Assembly (NCBI GenBank): GCA_964016885.1
Contig: OZ024742.1
Coordinates: 197,408,001-197,472,000, forward strand
Reading direction: 5' to 3'
DNA from: Eledone cirrhosa
Lineage: Eukaryota
DNA: 64,000 nt
Part shown: piece by piece, positions 47,924-62,354 of the stretch
How the letters are laid out: each line of letters begins with the position of its first letter
How positions within the stretch are numbered: the stretch's first letter is position 1
Made by a program: the position numbers and the translations under genes
Notes under the pieces: generated by a model
Database searches by the model: none
What the model was told of the DNA's origin: nothing
The model's input: the letters and a program-made list of their open reading frames with translations, nothing else

Positions 47924-48340
47924 TAATAAAAGGAATTCCACTTTGTCTGATTTACTCGTTTTATTTACAATCCTTTAAAATTTATAATGGTATTAGAATG
48001 AAATAATATGGTAGAATATTAAATGTTAAGTGTTAATTGAACAAGTACTTTCATGCTTTCGCAATCTTCAGGTTCATAATGTGTGGTGACAGTCAAGTTT
48101 GCAATTTACAACTGTTGTAAATTGCAAACTTGACTGTCACCACACATTATGAACCTGAAGATTGCGAAAGCATGAAAGTACTTGTTCAATTAACACTTAA
48201 CATTTAATATTCTACCATATTATTTCATTCTAATACCATTATAAATTTTAAAGGATTGTAAATAAAACGAGTAAATCAGACAAAGTGGAATTCCTTTTAT
48301 TAATATAATCTTCTATACACAATCATACACACCCGTGTAT
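47921..48340. mobile_element. Perfect 385-bp palindrome (centre 48113) with tail, TA-flanked
   Basis: 47921-48112 is the reverse complement of 48114-48305. Confidence 0.88.
48150..48188 (+). ncRNA. Very short hammerhead ribozyme (mirror at 48038-48076 on -)
   Basis: tgaac-CTGAAGA-t-tgc(gaaa)gca-t-GAAA-GTA-CTT^-gttca; palindromic stem III AAGTACTT. Confidence 0.75.
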
Positions 48341-48344
48341 ATTT

Positions 48345-48440
<96 letters not shown>

Positions 48441-48934
48441 ATATATATAAATCTGAAAATTTCTGTATGTATGTGTATATGTGTGTCGACATTTTTTAAT
48501 GAGGGCTCATATATTCTAAGCCATTTTATGTGATTTTACAGAGCTTCTCCTTGCACAAAACCTGTACATGATCTACAAAGGCTTTCAAAAATCGATATTG
48601 GGGCTTTTGAAGACTTTAAAAAAGTTTCAGTTATTTGTGTGAATTTTCGTGATTAAGTAAGACAAGAATTATCTTTCGTAATCAAGAGTTATCTTTCGTA
48701 ATTCGGCTCATTCGGATTTTAATTTACACTTTCTACTTGAAACAAAGAGAATAACAATATCATTTCGTATATTTCACAACCAGCAATTTCTAACAGATTA
48801 CTAAGTTAGGTTATAGATTTGACCTTGTATAATTTATCGTTTCAAGCTTGATGTTCATATTAACTGATTTCATAACTTTTACAATATTATGCTTAAATGT
48901 ATCTAAAGGATGATTTATACATGAAAGACTTAGA

Positions 48935-50202
<1,268 letters not shown>

Positions 50203-50260
50203 ATATAGCGAATAAGGAAAAGCGAAGTAGTTTCAGATGTTCAAGTCCTTTAATAATAAT

Positions 50261-50334
50261 GCTGTGATATATATTTCAGTGACGACACTGGCCACACTGT
50301 TCTGTGTGCGAGTGTCGTGTCATCATCAGACAGC
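50261..50334 (-). ncRNA. Type-I hammerhead ribozyme in an ORF-less element (50207-~51420)
   Basis: gctgt-CTGATGA-tgacacgacact...agtgtcgtcact-GAAA-T-ATAT-ATC^-acagc; 50207-50264 inverted at 51325-51382. Confidence 0.8.
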
Positions 50335-51614
50335 TTGTTACATAATAAGGTTATGTTTCCGAGGCAATCCAAATTGGATCGACATGGGAACGGATGAATT
50401 GCGTGTTTGGGGGTTTTTCATCCGCTCCCTTGTGAGTACCAATTCACCCCCACCGGCCTGCGCAAGCGCATGTCCGAAGGAAGTTGACCATTAGCCACCG
50501 CAGATTTCAACGAAATTTGCTTAGTCAGTTCACCCTGTCAGCCAAAACAATGGCCCACCAATGCCTGTACCATATTTTAATGCTACCCATCACGGCTGTG
50601 GCAGTCAGCCGAGAACCAGAGGATATGGGAGAGTGTTTGTTTTTACAGGTCATAATACTACCCCTCACTAAGCGTTGACGGTACGACTGACCATCAGCTT
50701 ATAAGGGAAAATAAACTTATTCTAGGTATCATGGTTTTACGTTGGAAGTTAAGAGTGAGAGTTGGAAATAAAAATTAAAATCCTAAATCAAATATCAGAA
50801 ATTATAAATTAAACAATTAAGAAATTAACAGTTAGAAATTAAAGAATTAAAAAAAGAATTAAAAAAATTATTTTCAGGTGATAATTCGGATTGAGGTAAG
50901 TAAAAATATAGACTGAAGTGAGTAAATAATATGGAGAGAGATGTTTAAGTAATATGTTCTGAGAGGGATTCTAGTGTCACAGGTACTCTATCCACATATT
51001 GAACGACAGTCCCGTACATTATAACTACAGAGCTCCAGGCATTAGTCAATCTGGTACACAGTCCTAATTTCCATCACATGGAACAAAATCAAAGAAAAAC
51101 AAACATAAAGTACACAAAAGAAAAGAACAGAACCAATAGTGAATAAATGCAAAAACACAGAGTACATATATGCAAAATGATCCATATGATTGTCCATCTG
51201 TCCATGTATAGATTGAATTGAGGGGGCCTCTATTCAAATTGGATTTGGTGCAGGAAAATAGGGGTTTATCCTATTATTTGTTTCCGCGTATTTATCCTGC
51301 CGAAAGTTACTATTATGTCCGTCCAGCATTATTATTAAAGGACTTGAACATCTGAAACTACTTCGCTTTTCCTTATTCGATATTTACTCCGTCACTCCTA
51401 TGTGGAAAAAGTACGTTGAGTGCTTGAATTGAATTGCATCAATGTTTACCCTAATAATTTAGCTCCAATTAGTTGAGCGCTTTACGATGTAACCGATATG
51501 GTGGAGAGGAGAGGAACCAACCATAAGCTACCCCGGAAATTCCCTCTACCATGGGGATGGAAACCCCTTACACTGGACGGACATAATAGTAACTTTCGGC
51601 AGGATAAATACGCG

Positions 51615-52485
51615 TACGTCAAACAAAACACAAAGTACACATATACACACACCCTACATACGTACGAACCCGAATACTCACACAGACGCAAAACTCACGT
51701 ATACACATAACCAAAAGCATATGTACCAGAATATATAAAATATACGCCTTAACATATACAATCAAATATACGCACGAGAAAGTATACGTACCTTCACAAA
51801 ACATACATGTAATATATACTTACCAATACAAATAAGTAATGGTATAAACATAACATATACTTAGCTACCACATCAAGACGTAAAATATCCGCGTATAGTT
51901 CGTACTATCTGTTAGGGTATAATGTGGGGCTGTAATACAGGAAAGTTTTGTGCAATTTATGTTTACAAGCCGAAATTGCCTCAGATTTTTTTGTTTAAGA
52001 TGTGGTCTTTGGCGTAGAGTATTTCCAGGGCCTCAGCGGCGCAGATGTCACATGGTCTTTTATTTCCGTCATACGATCGAGCCTGAGCTAGGATCTCCCA
52101 GTGTAACTTATATTGGGTGTGGTTGTCTTTTAGACTCCATATATAAGCTGAAAGTAACGTCATATTCCTTCTTAAAGAGTTAAGAAAAGAATGGATATGC
52201 ATGTAAAGACGGTGCTTGAATCTATTGGCGGTTAACCCTATGTAGGCCCTACGGGACGTGGGTCTTTCAACCTTGCATTTGTAGACAATGTTACTAGAGA
52301 GGCATTTCCCGATTCCTACAATTACAGTTAGTACTAGCTACAGGGTTGCACGTGTTCCTACGGCTAGGTAATTTAGCTAAATTTGAAGCTGTGATATTAT
52401 GTGCAAGGTTAGGAGTCGTAGAGTAAGAAATGTTAATGGTATTTCTATTTAAAATGTTATTATATTTATGTGTAGGGGTAAAATA
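51615..52485 (-). mobile_element. Second Hydra-like PLE copy (GIY-YIG)
   Basis: High similarity to 17975-18890; SAYIWSLKDNHTQYKLHWEILAQA...CDICAAEALEIL. Confidence 0.82.
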
Positions 52486-52529
52486 TCGAGCCCTCTTTGG
52501 ATTTTAGTTTTCAAATTTATTATTATTAC

Positions 52530-53205
<676 letters not shown>

Positions 53206-53212
<7 letters not shown>

Positions 53213-53292
53213 TAAGAGATTAAAGTTTAAGCAAAGAGAATCGCTGGTGAAAGCAACGATTCTTTGCTTAAATTTTAATCTGTTATTGTAAT
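53206..53292. mobile_element. Tiny palindrome made of the 3' end of the PLE family at 17265
   Basis: attaaaataa(c/g)agatt(c/a)aagtttaagcaaagaatcg matches 17265-17305 and is folded back. Confidence 0.6.
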
Positions 53293-53734
53293 AAGTATTT
53301 GGTTTTCTGCTAGCATGTATTGTGTGCATATTGATATTATACGCAAGTATATATGCATGTAGATATGATACATCAAATAAAATCGCAATTGACAATATAC
53401 ACAGAAATTGAACGAAAACTGCGTTACACTGTCTTATATAACGATGCAAATATTTGAACGTTTTATATAAGCGATTTAAAAAGTGTTATAATATAATGGA
53501 CGCTAACCGGAAGTGTTGACAGTTGAAAATTTGAAAGAAGTGAATAAAAAATTATTTATATTTAATCAAGAGTTACGAAATTTAGTACATAAATTATGTA
53601 ATATTCATTGAATATTAATTCGAAGTCATCCAACTTATATTACAAACGGGATAAAACAATATATTCATGACGCAGTCCCGCAACCCCCTTTATTATATTA
53701 TGATACTAGTTACAGTCCGTACTAACGAAACAAC

Positions 53735-54051
53735 ACTGCAGAAGCAATGTTATGCGGTATATTACTGTGTTTCAGATGACGTCCTTTGGAGCTGAAAAAT
53801 ATCATACTGACTATAGTTATTTCACAATATTTAAAATCCAAAGCCAATGCTATCATTTAATCGGCAGTTTACTCCTCCAGCCTAATAAGGAGGTTTTATT
53901 ATTGTTCTATTTTTATGTCTCTCTCACACACACTCACACACACAATACGGTCTCACCTCATACCAGAAAAACACATCCAATACAGTCTTTGTTTTTTTTT
54001 ATCCGTCTTCTCCTAACTGTTCTCCCGGGCGAAGCCGGGTACCTCAACTAG
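53735..54051 (+). mobile_element. Helitron remnant
   Basis: RY...FQMTSFGA...FKIQSQCYHLIGSLL resembles the Helitron RepHel N-terminal region; 3' hairpin cccggGCGAAGccggg followed by CTAG then T. Confidence 0.8.
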
Positions 54052-55031
54052 TAATCTATATAACTATACAGAATGTTTTTTTATCGTTTTCAACACAGAC
54101 GCTGCGACTGTCAACAGCGTTCTAAAATATTTCATTCACGGAATATAATTAAATATATGACAGGAAGGAGCAGATGTTCAACATTTTCTAAAATGTATTC
54201 ATTCATGCTAGAAGCCAGCGTTCTCTGCCAACAATGTTCCATCACTCACGTTTCCTCTTCATATTCATCTACCACTATCTCTCTGATTAAGGACAAAGAA
54301 CCACAGTGTCAGTGAATCTAACGAGTTACCGTCTATCTACGGCATTTGAAAATTAAGACACATGCATTCTTATATATGTGTTCATATATACTAACGCTCA
54401 TACACTGTGTGCGCATGTGTCTACTTGTGTGAATTCATACTTGTAAATGTCAATAATTTAAATAACGAAATAATTACTCGGGTTTAAAATTAATTAAATC
54501 AGATTTATAATAGGAAGTAACATATTTTGTTCTTTGACCTTTATTATCCAATGTATAATAAAGATATTTGTAGGCAATGTTCTCTCCTGAAGACATTTAA
54601 TTATGTTTGGAAATATGTTAGACAGACGAATGACAAGAGTTAGACTAATAACTGCGTCATTTAAAATGGAATAACTATTAAATATTAACATGAAATACAA
54701 ACAAAATCTAACAATCCAACGAAGGTAGCTGGATTTGCTAGAAAGAGCAGCCAAAACACTCTTAAATATATACTATACTATCATTAAAAAGTAGAAAGGG
54801 AGTAAATATGTGGAATAATGTGATCTGAGATAATCCAGGGGTCGAAAAAACTGGATGGAAACAGCTAGAACGCTTTTGATCATATGTCTACTCGATTAGG
54901 GCTAAGCAACAGCAATAGCAACAACTACAGCAACAATTAACATCAACAACAGTAGCAACAACAGCAACAACACCAGAAATTACAACAACAACAACAGCAA
55001 TATAATAATAAGAAGCATTTAATGAACGTGA

Positions 55032-55209
55032 AGGGCGGTGGATTGGCAGTGTCGGTAGAGGGTCTGACGCCAAGCTTTGCAGCAAAGAGTTACGTCCCTT
55101 TATGGTCTGAGTTCAAATCCCGCCGAGGTTAACTTTGCCTTTCATCCTTACGGGGTCGATAAAATAATACACTGGGTAATTGCTGGCCTTGTGCCAAAAG
55201 TAGAAACAA
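55032..55209 (+). mobile_element. Full-length SINE with 13-bp TSD
   Basis: TTAATGAACGTGA at 55019-55031 and 55210-55222. Confidence 0.9.
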
Positions 55210-55777
55210 TTAATGAACGTGACTCATCAGAAGATGATGAAGATATACATTTACTAATATTAGAGATTAAATGTTATAGAATATTGGCTAAGTGGTAGAA
55301 TTTGTTTACATAATTATCTTCCATTCGATTTTCCGTAAAGGCGACTTTGCTAATATCTAAATCTAAGGCGATATAAAAAAATTAATTATATTAAGGTTAG
55401 TGTCAATTAAAATTCGTAAATCTATTTCATTAAATAACTAGAACATCTTTCCTAAATGAATCTTGCACGGTCCCAAACTTACGAACGAGTTACGTTACAA
55501 GAGGCCGTTCATTAGTTGATTTGTACGTAAGTTGATCGTCTAACACAGTACGTAACAGTAAGCCCATACATGTTATATTGATACAGCATATGGAAATATG
55601 AGTGATATATATATATATAGTAATAATAATAAATGTGGAGACTAAAATCCGAAGAGGGTTCGATAAGGATTATATATATATAAATTAAACTATAATAAAG
55701 TAAGGAGTGCGGGACTGCGTCCAGAATATATTTTTTTTATCCCGTTTGTAAAATAAGTTGGATTACTTTGAATAAAT

Positions 55778-55920
55778 AACTGTTTCTACTTTAGGCACAA
55801 GGCCAGCAATTACCCAGTGCATTACTGGTACTTTATTTTATCGACCCCGTAAGGATGAAAGGCAAAGTCAACCTCGGCGGGATTTGAACTCAGATCGTAA
55901 AGGGGCGTAACTATGCTGGA
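55778..55920 (-). mobile_element. 5'-truncated SINE
   Basis: Dominant SINE motifs. Confidence 0.85.
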
Positions 55921-56611
55921 ATGAAAGAATATTACATAATTGATGTACTAAATTTCGTTATTCTTGATTAAATATAAATAATTTTGTTGGTTATTTTAAG
56001 ATTCACTTCTTTAAAATTTTCAAATGTCAACACTTCCGGTTAGCGATCGCTTAAATAAACATTCATATATTTCCGTCACTAATTTTCTCCTAATGCAGTT
56101 TATATATAATATCGTCTTTTTTTAATGAATTACTTTACTGATTGTAGAAGAGAGTGTAACACAGTCTCTCTTCAATGTGTGTGCATATTCTCAATTACGA
56201 TTTTATTTGACGTATCATATCTAAATGCATATATATTTGCATATAATATCAATATGCACACTACACATGCTGGCAGAAAACCGCGTTTTTCTGCTAGTAT
56301 GGATAAAAGCTGGAGAGTAGATTAATTTCAAATAGTATCAATTTTTCTTTGTTCTGTAAAATCAAAGACTGTAAAACGACTTCATAAAAGCTTACGCAAT
56401 ATTGTTAAACCTTCAACAGATACCTTTGTGTACGTCACTCTCTCTCTCTCTCTCACTCACACTCTCTCTCTCTCTCTCTCTCTCCCTCTCTCTCTCTCTC
56501 TCTCACTCTCTCTCTCTCAAAATATCTAACACTTTAATTGTATCTCTCTCTGTATAACGGCATATCTCTCCCTTTCTATTTCTCCCTCTGTGTCTTTCTC
56601 TCTCTTTAGAT

Positions 56612-56718
<107 letters not shown>

Positions 56719-56759
56719 TGTAGTTTCTATGTGGTTCAACCAAGGAGGAGGTGGAGTAG

Positions 56760-56940
56760 GAGGGAGGCGTGCTGCAAGAGCCATTCCAGCTCACGAGACT
56801 TCACACCTGCGGATAGTCAACTCTGTCTGGATGGTGGTGAACAGAGAAGTAACGCTAGGGCCAAGGACACAAGAAGTCTCCACTGCCACAAGTTTATCCT
56901 CCTCGACCCGAAGTGCAGCAGAGACTCGGTTATTTGCAGT
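56760..56940 (-). mobile_element. CRE-like RLE fragment
   Basis: VAVETSCVLGPSVTSLFTTIQTELTIRRCE, similar to 59895-60089. Confidence 0.55.
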
Positions 56941-57119
56941 TGATTTATGATAAAGTTTAAAAGGTCGGCTGTAAGAAATGTAAAATAATTATTTTACAAA
57001 AAAAAGGTATTGAGATACTTTGTACGCAGCTGTAAGATGAAAAACGGTTTGAAGTGAACAGCTTCTGGGTGTGTCGACATATTAACATGTTTGGCAAGTT
57101 GATTAGATGTCTGGTGTAA

Positions 57120-57186
57120 GTGTGTTTGTATGTGTGTGTGTGTGAGTGGGGGGGGGGTTATGTGTGTAAATGTGTTTGTGCGTGTG

Positions 57187-57218
<32 letters not shown>

Positions 57219-57266
57219 GGTGTGTGTATATGTTTATGTATGTATATACGTGTATATGTGTGTGTT

Positions 57267-57297
<31 letters not shown>

Positions 57298-57402
57298 GTG
57301 TGGGTGTGTGTGTGTGTGTATGTTTATGTATGTATATACGTGTATATGTGTGTGTTTGTGTGTGTGCGTGTGATTTTATGTGTGTAAATGAGTAAATGTG
57401 TT

Positions 57403-57433
<31 letters not shown>

Positions 57434-58249
57434 GGGGGGTGTATGTTTATGTATGTATATACGTGTATGTATGTGTGTGGGTTTGTGTGTGTGGGTTTGT
57501 GTGTGTGCGTGTGAGTTTATGTGTGTAAATGATTAAATGTGTTTGTGTGTGTGTGTGTGTATATATATATATGTGTGGGTGTGTGTGTATATTTATGTAT
57601 GTATATACGTGAATGTGTGTGTGTGTGTGAGTTTATGTGTGTAAATGTGTAAATGTGTTTCTGTGTGAGTGTATATATATATATATATATGTGTGTGGAT
57701 GTGTGTGTATGTTTATGTATGTATATACGTGTATGTGTGTGTGCTGTGTGTGAGTGTGTGTCTTTATGTGTAAGTGTGTGTGTTTTTATGTGTATGTGTG
57801 TTGTGTGTATGTGCGTGTATGTGTATTTGTTTGTACCTGTATGTGCGTGTGGTAATGTGTTTTTTCATGTGTGTGTGTTGAGTGTGTGTTATGTACTGGT
57901 TTGTGTGAGTTTATGTGTGTAAGTGTGTGTTACGTACGTGTGTTGTGGGTTGTGTGTGTGTGCGTATGTGTGTTTGTGCTATGTGTGTGTGTGTTTATGT
58001 GCGTGTAAGTGTGTGTTACGTACGTGTGTTGTGTGTGTTTGTTGTGTGTGTATGTGTGCTTGTGTGTGTGTGTGTGTGTTGTTTCTGGGGTGTATGGCTT
58101 CCTGACAGTAGCAATAGAATGAAAATTTACTGCAAGTATGCATCTTTTTACAAACATATATACATGCACACAAACACATAGCATGCATGCTTATATACAC
58201 ATACACACGTACATTCATGCACACGAACACACACATACATGCTTATAAG

Positions 58250-58322
<73 letters not shown>

Positions 58323-58617
58323 ACATACATACGCACATGCATGCATACAAACATACATACATACAGGCATATAAATAAGTGCATACATACATATATATAC
58401 ACGTACATACATATATGCATAATACATACATATATAAGTGCATACATACATATACACATACTTACTCACATACATATACACATACATACATAAACACACG
58501 CTTACATATATATATACACACACATACAAACATACAGACATACTTGCATCTATACATGCATTTATACATAAATACATACATACTTACATATAACATATTA
58601 TTATCTATAAAAGTATA

Positions 58618-58690
<73 letters not shown>
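57120..58690. repeat. (TG)/(TA)/(TACA) low-complexity block with degenerate tandem units
   Basis: Direct reading. Confidence 0.9.
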
Positions 58691-58692
<2 letters not shown>

Positions 58693-59062
58693 ATATATTA
58701 ATAAATGGAAACTATATTTATAAAACCATAATTATTTTATTATATATATTTCAAGGGCGACCAATGTAAATTATGGTGCGCTTTCATCAGATAAAATACA
58801 GATTTGTTTTATAAATAAATATTGACATACCCAGAAAAAAGACAACCTCAACGGTTGAAATTCGGTGGATGGTCCACTACTATGTTGAGTGCTTTATATC
58901 AGTTATAAACATTTTTAAGCTTGTTGAATCCCAACAAATTAAATATAACCTCTGCATATATATATATATATATATGTGTGTTCTATTGATGACATGCATA
59001 TGATTTATACGCATGTGAAAATGTATATATATATATATATAAAGTTATATATATATATAAAG

Positions 59063-59153
<91 letters not shown>

Positions 59154-59281
59154 GAAGGAAGTGTGGTGGTAAGATACCAGGTGGACCATAACGTACCAGA
59201 GTACTCAATACTTAGGGTAGTAGAGTGGGTAATAGGAAAAGTGTCAGGACACCGACGGCTGAGCTCCGGCCGTTTCGACGG

Positions 59282-59317
<36 letters not shown>

Positions 59318-59379
59318 TTAGGACTGTTTGTCAAATCGTAGAAACGATTTTAATGATCATATTTGAGCCATTTACTTGT

Positions 59380-60125
59380 TTCCGATATTCAATCAATTAA
59401 CCCAGATTTTTTATATCCTATCAATTGGTCCTTATTTTCGATATAATAGCAACTGAACCATGTTTTCGAAATCCTATCAACTGATCCTTATTTCTGATAT
59501 AATATCAACTAACCTATAATTTCGATATCTTATTAACTTAACCACATTTGCGTTATCATATCAAGTAGTCTATATTTCCGATATCCTAACAACTAATCTA
59601 TATTTCTGAAATCCTATCAATTAAGCCCTATTTCTGATAACATATCAATAAAACTATATTTTTGATACCGTATCAACCAAGCCGTATCTTCGACATCATA
59701 TCACCTAAGCCAGGTTAATTCTGCGGATTGAATTACAATTATTGGTTTTAAACGCATAAAACATTAAATACAGTAAAGAAATGAGTCGCTACCTCCCTAC
59801 GGACAACTGACGCTGCACACCAGGTCCGAACACAGAAGAGCTGAACTCCCACTGTCATCTCCCCCATTTCTCTTGCCCTCCCCATCTCTCTGTATTATGA
59901 GCAAATGGGGCCCCGTGTGCTGGCCGCGGCGGACAGAATGGAGAAGGCGTTTCCCCAGAGGATGGTAAGGGAGATGCGCTGGAAGAGCCTTTCCATCTCG
60001 CGAGGCTCACACCTGCGGCTGGCCAGCTCGGCGCTTATGGTGGGAAGTAGGGAGGTAGCCCTAGGTCCAATGACAGCAGAAGTTTCCACCTAAGCCATAT
60101 TTCCGATACACTATCAACTAACTCA
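59380..60125. repeat. Degenerate ~31-bp minisatellite interrupted by a CRE-like insertion
   Basis: Recurrent tatttccgatatcctatcaacta; resumes at ~60095. Confidence 0.7.
59713..60086 (-). mobile_element. 5'-truncated CRE-like RLE retrotransposon with TSD
   Basis: VETSAVIGPRATSLL...ERLFQRISLTILWGNAFSIL; CACCTAAGCCA at 59702-59712 and 60087-60097; 3' UTR piece also at ~35065-35105. Confidence 0.75.
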
Positions 60126-60369
60126 GCCACCAAATGGACATGAAAGATGCAACACAATGCATCAAGTACTATAATGACCAGCATCTGATGGCGAGAATTA
60201 ATTCAATCATTATTATAACATTATGTAAGAAACAACTGAATTCTGTGTCTTTTGTTTGAACTAACACTAGAATTCGCATCGAGATATTGTTTCCTTCTTT
60301 TCGTAGTGCTAGCAGATCCCTCTATCCAATTGTTTCTCTCACGACGGGTAATTTACTACATTTTCTTAA

Positions 60370-60690
60370 CCACATGGCTTATGGGTTAGAGCGTTAGTCT
60401 TACAATCGGATTGTTGTGAGTTCAATTCTCGGAACGGTCGTTGTTTTGTATCCTTGAACAAGACATTTATTTCACGTTGCTTCAGTTTACTCAGCTGTAG
60501 AAATGAGTTGCGAAGTCACAAGGTGCCAAGCTGACCTTTCCTTTGAATAACATCGGTGGTGTGAAAAGGGGAGATGAGCGACTGCTTGCCTTCCACAAAT
60601 AACCTTACACTGGCATGTGCCTCGAAGGGGAAGTTTCTAGGTACAAATCTTATGGTCATTCGTAATCAAAGGGGTCTTAACCCTAAACCT
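60370..60690 (+). mobile_element. Second-family tRNA-derived SINE
   Basis: tggcttatgggttagagcg...gagttcaattc then ccttgaacaagacatttatttcac. Confidence 0.65.
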
Positions 60691-60970
60691 TAATCTATTA
60701 TGGTAATTTGCGTTAGGGCAAACACAAAATTCAAATGCCTCCAACGCTTCTTAAGTCAACCGTTGATTACACTTCTAGATACAAGCTAAAAACCTTCTAA
60801 ATAGACAGAATTGGTGACCATTAGCTCTTTAGCGTTGCGATTATCACAGCTATTTGATGGGGTCGACTCCTCGTATACGATCTGTCCACTTTTTCTCCAT
60901 TTCCAGGAGTACTTTACCCGATTTCCTAAATCATTATATATAGTGATCGACTATTATTATTATGGTTATT

Positions 60971-61155
60971 AAGGGCGGTGGATTGGCAGTATCGGTAGAA
61001 AGACGGACGCCATGCTTTACAACATAGTTACGGCCCTTTATGATCTGAGTTCAAATCTCCCGAGGTTAACTTTGGCTTTCATCCTTACGGGGTCGATAAA
61101 ATAAAGTACCAGTAATGCACTGGCCTTGTGCCAAAAGTAGAAACAATTATTATTA
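60971..61155 (+). mobile_element. Full-length SINE
   Basis: Dominant SINE within (TTA)n. Confidence 0.88.
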
Positions 61156-61849
61156 CATTTTCAATGTAAATTATTATTATTATTACATTTTCAATGTAAA
61201 TTATATGGTTTAAATTGAAATTATTGTAGAAAAGAAATTGGTTGTATGATGACCAAAATTGCAATTTCAACGGGTGGGGTTCATTTTTACAATTTACACT
61301 ACGTGGAGAATTTATTTACTAATAATATTATTTAATTGGACTGTTCTTTTTTTTATCAAATAGAGGAAAATAGCTCACAGTTGGATTGTTTGATAGAAAA
61401 TTCTTTATTTACCTTTAACTATAAACTTCGTTTGTTTTCATAACCGAAAGCAAACAGTGAGAACGCCAAAATACTTTTTTCATGTTGGTGTCTTCGTTAT
61501 TATTTATTTAAAGATCCGAAAGCTAACATTCCGAACGGATACCCACCCATAGAAGATGAAGTAGCCATGTGCTGATTAAGAACACACTCAAGATAAATGC
61601 CATAATTATATTGTGAAACAGAAATCCGTCAAACTTTTAAGGGACAACAGTGAAGGACTGGAAACTAAATTAATGTCTTTACTTTATCTGTTATCATGAA
61701 ATAGAATATAGCGGCAATATTAACACAAACAATAATACTAATAATTGGATGATAATAATATTAATTAAACAACAACAACAGCAGCAGCAGCAGCAGGAGC
61801 AGCAGCCATAGCAGCAGCAGCAGCAGCGGCGTCAGGAATAATAATAATA

Positions 61850-62070
61850 ATAATTGTTTCTACTTTAGGCACAAGGTCAGCAATTTAAGGGGATGGAGAA
61901 AGTCGATTAAATCGACCCCAGTGCATTACTGGTATTTATTTTATCAACCCCGTAAGGATGAAAGGCAAAGCTAACCTCAGCAGAATCTAAGATCTGAAAG
62001 TAAAGGACCGTAACTTGTGCTGCGAAGCATGTTGTCCGACGGTCTACCGTTCTGCCAATCCACCGCCCTT
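61850..62070 (-). mobile_element. Full-length SINE
   Basis: Dominant SINE within (TAA)n. Confidence 0.85.
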
Positions 62071-62354
62071 TCTGCCAATAATAATAATAATAATAATAAT
62101 AATGATTTCTTTATTAACCACAAGGGTCTACATAAAGTAGACATTAAGGACAGTGCAGGACAATACAGTACGGTACAAATGGGCATTTCTGCGTGTAAAA
62201 AACAAAAACAGAGGATGTAACAAAAAAATAACAATGAAAAATTCCCCAATAGGGGGGAGACTTCGGAGGGACATTTGTGGAGAAAGCCCAGTAAAAGGCC
62301 ACAGTGACCCTGACCACCAAGGCAAGTGCCCTCTCCCAGTTTTCCACCTTTAAT

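Larger units (their letters stand above)
53300..56285. repeat. Diverged ~390-bp inverted repeat pair (53300-53690 / ~55700-56285)
   Basis: ttttctgctagcatgtattgtgtgcatattgatattat... is matched in reverse near 56240-56280; accggaagtgttgaca / tgtcaacacttccggt; right arm split by a SINE. Confidence 0.65.
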
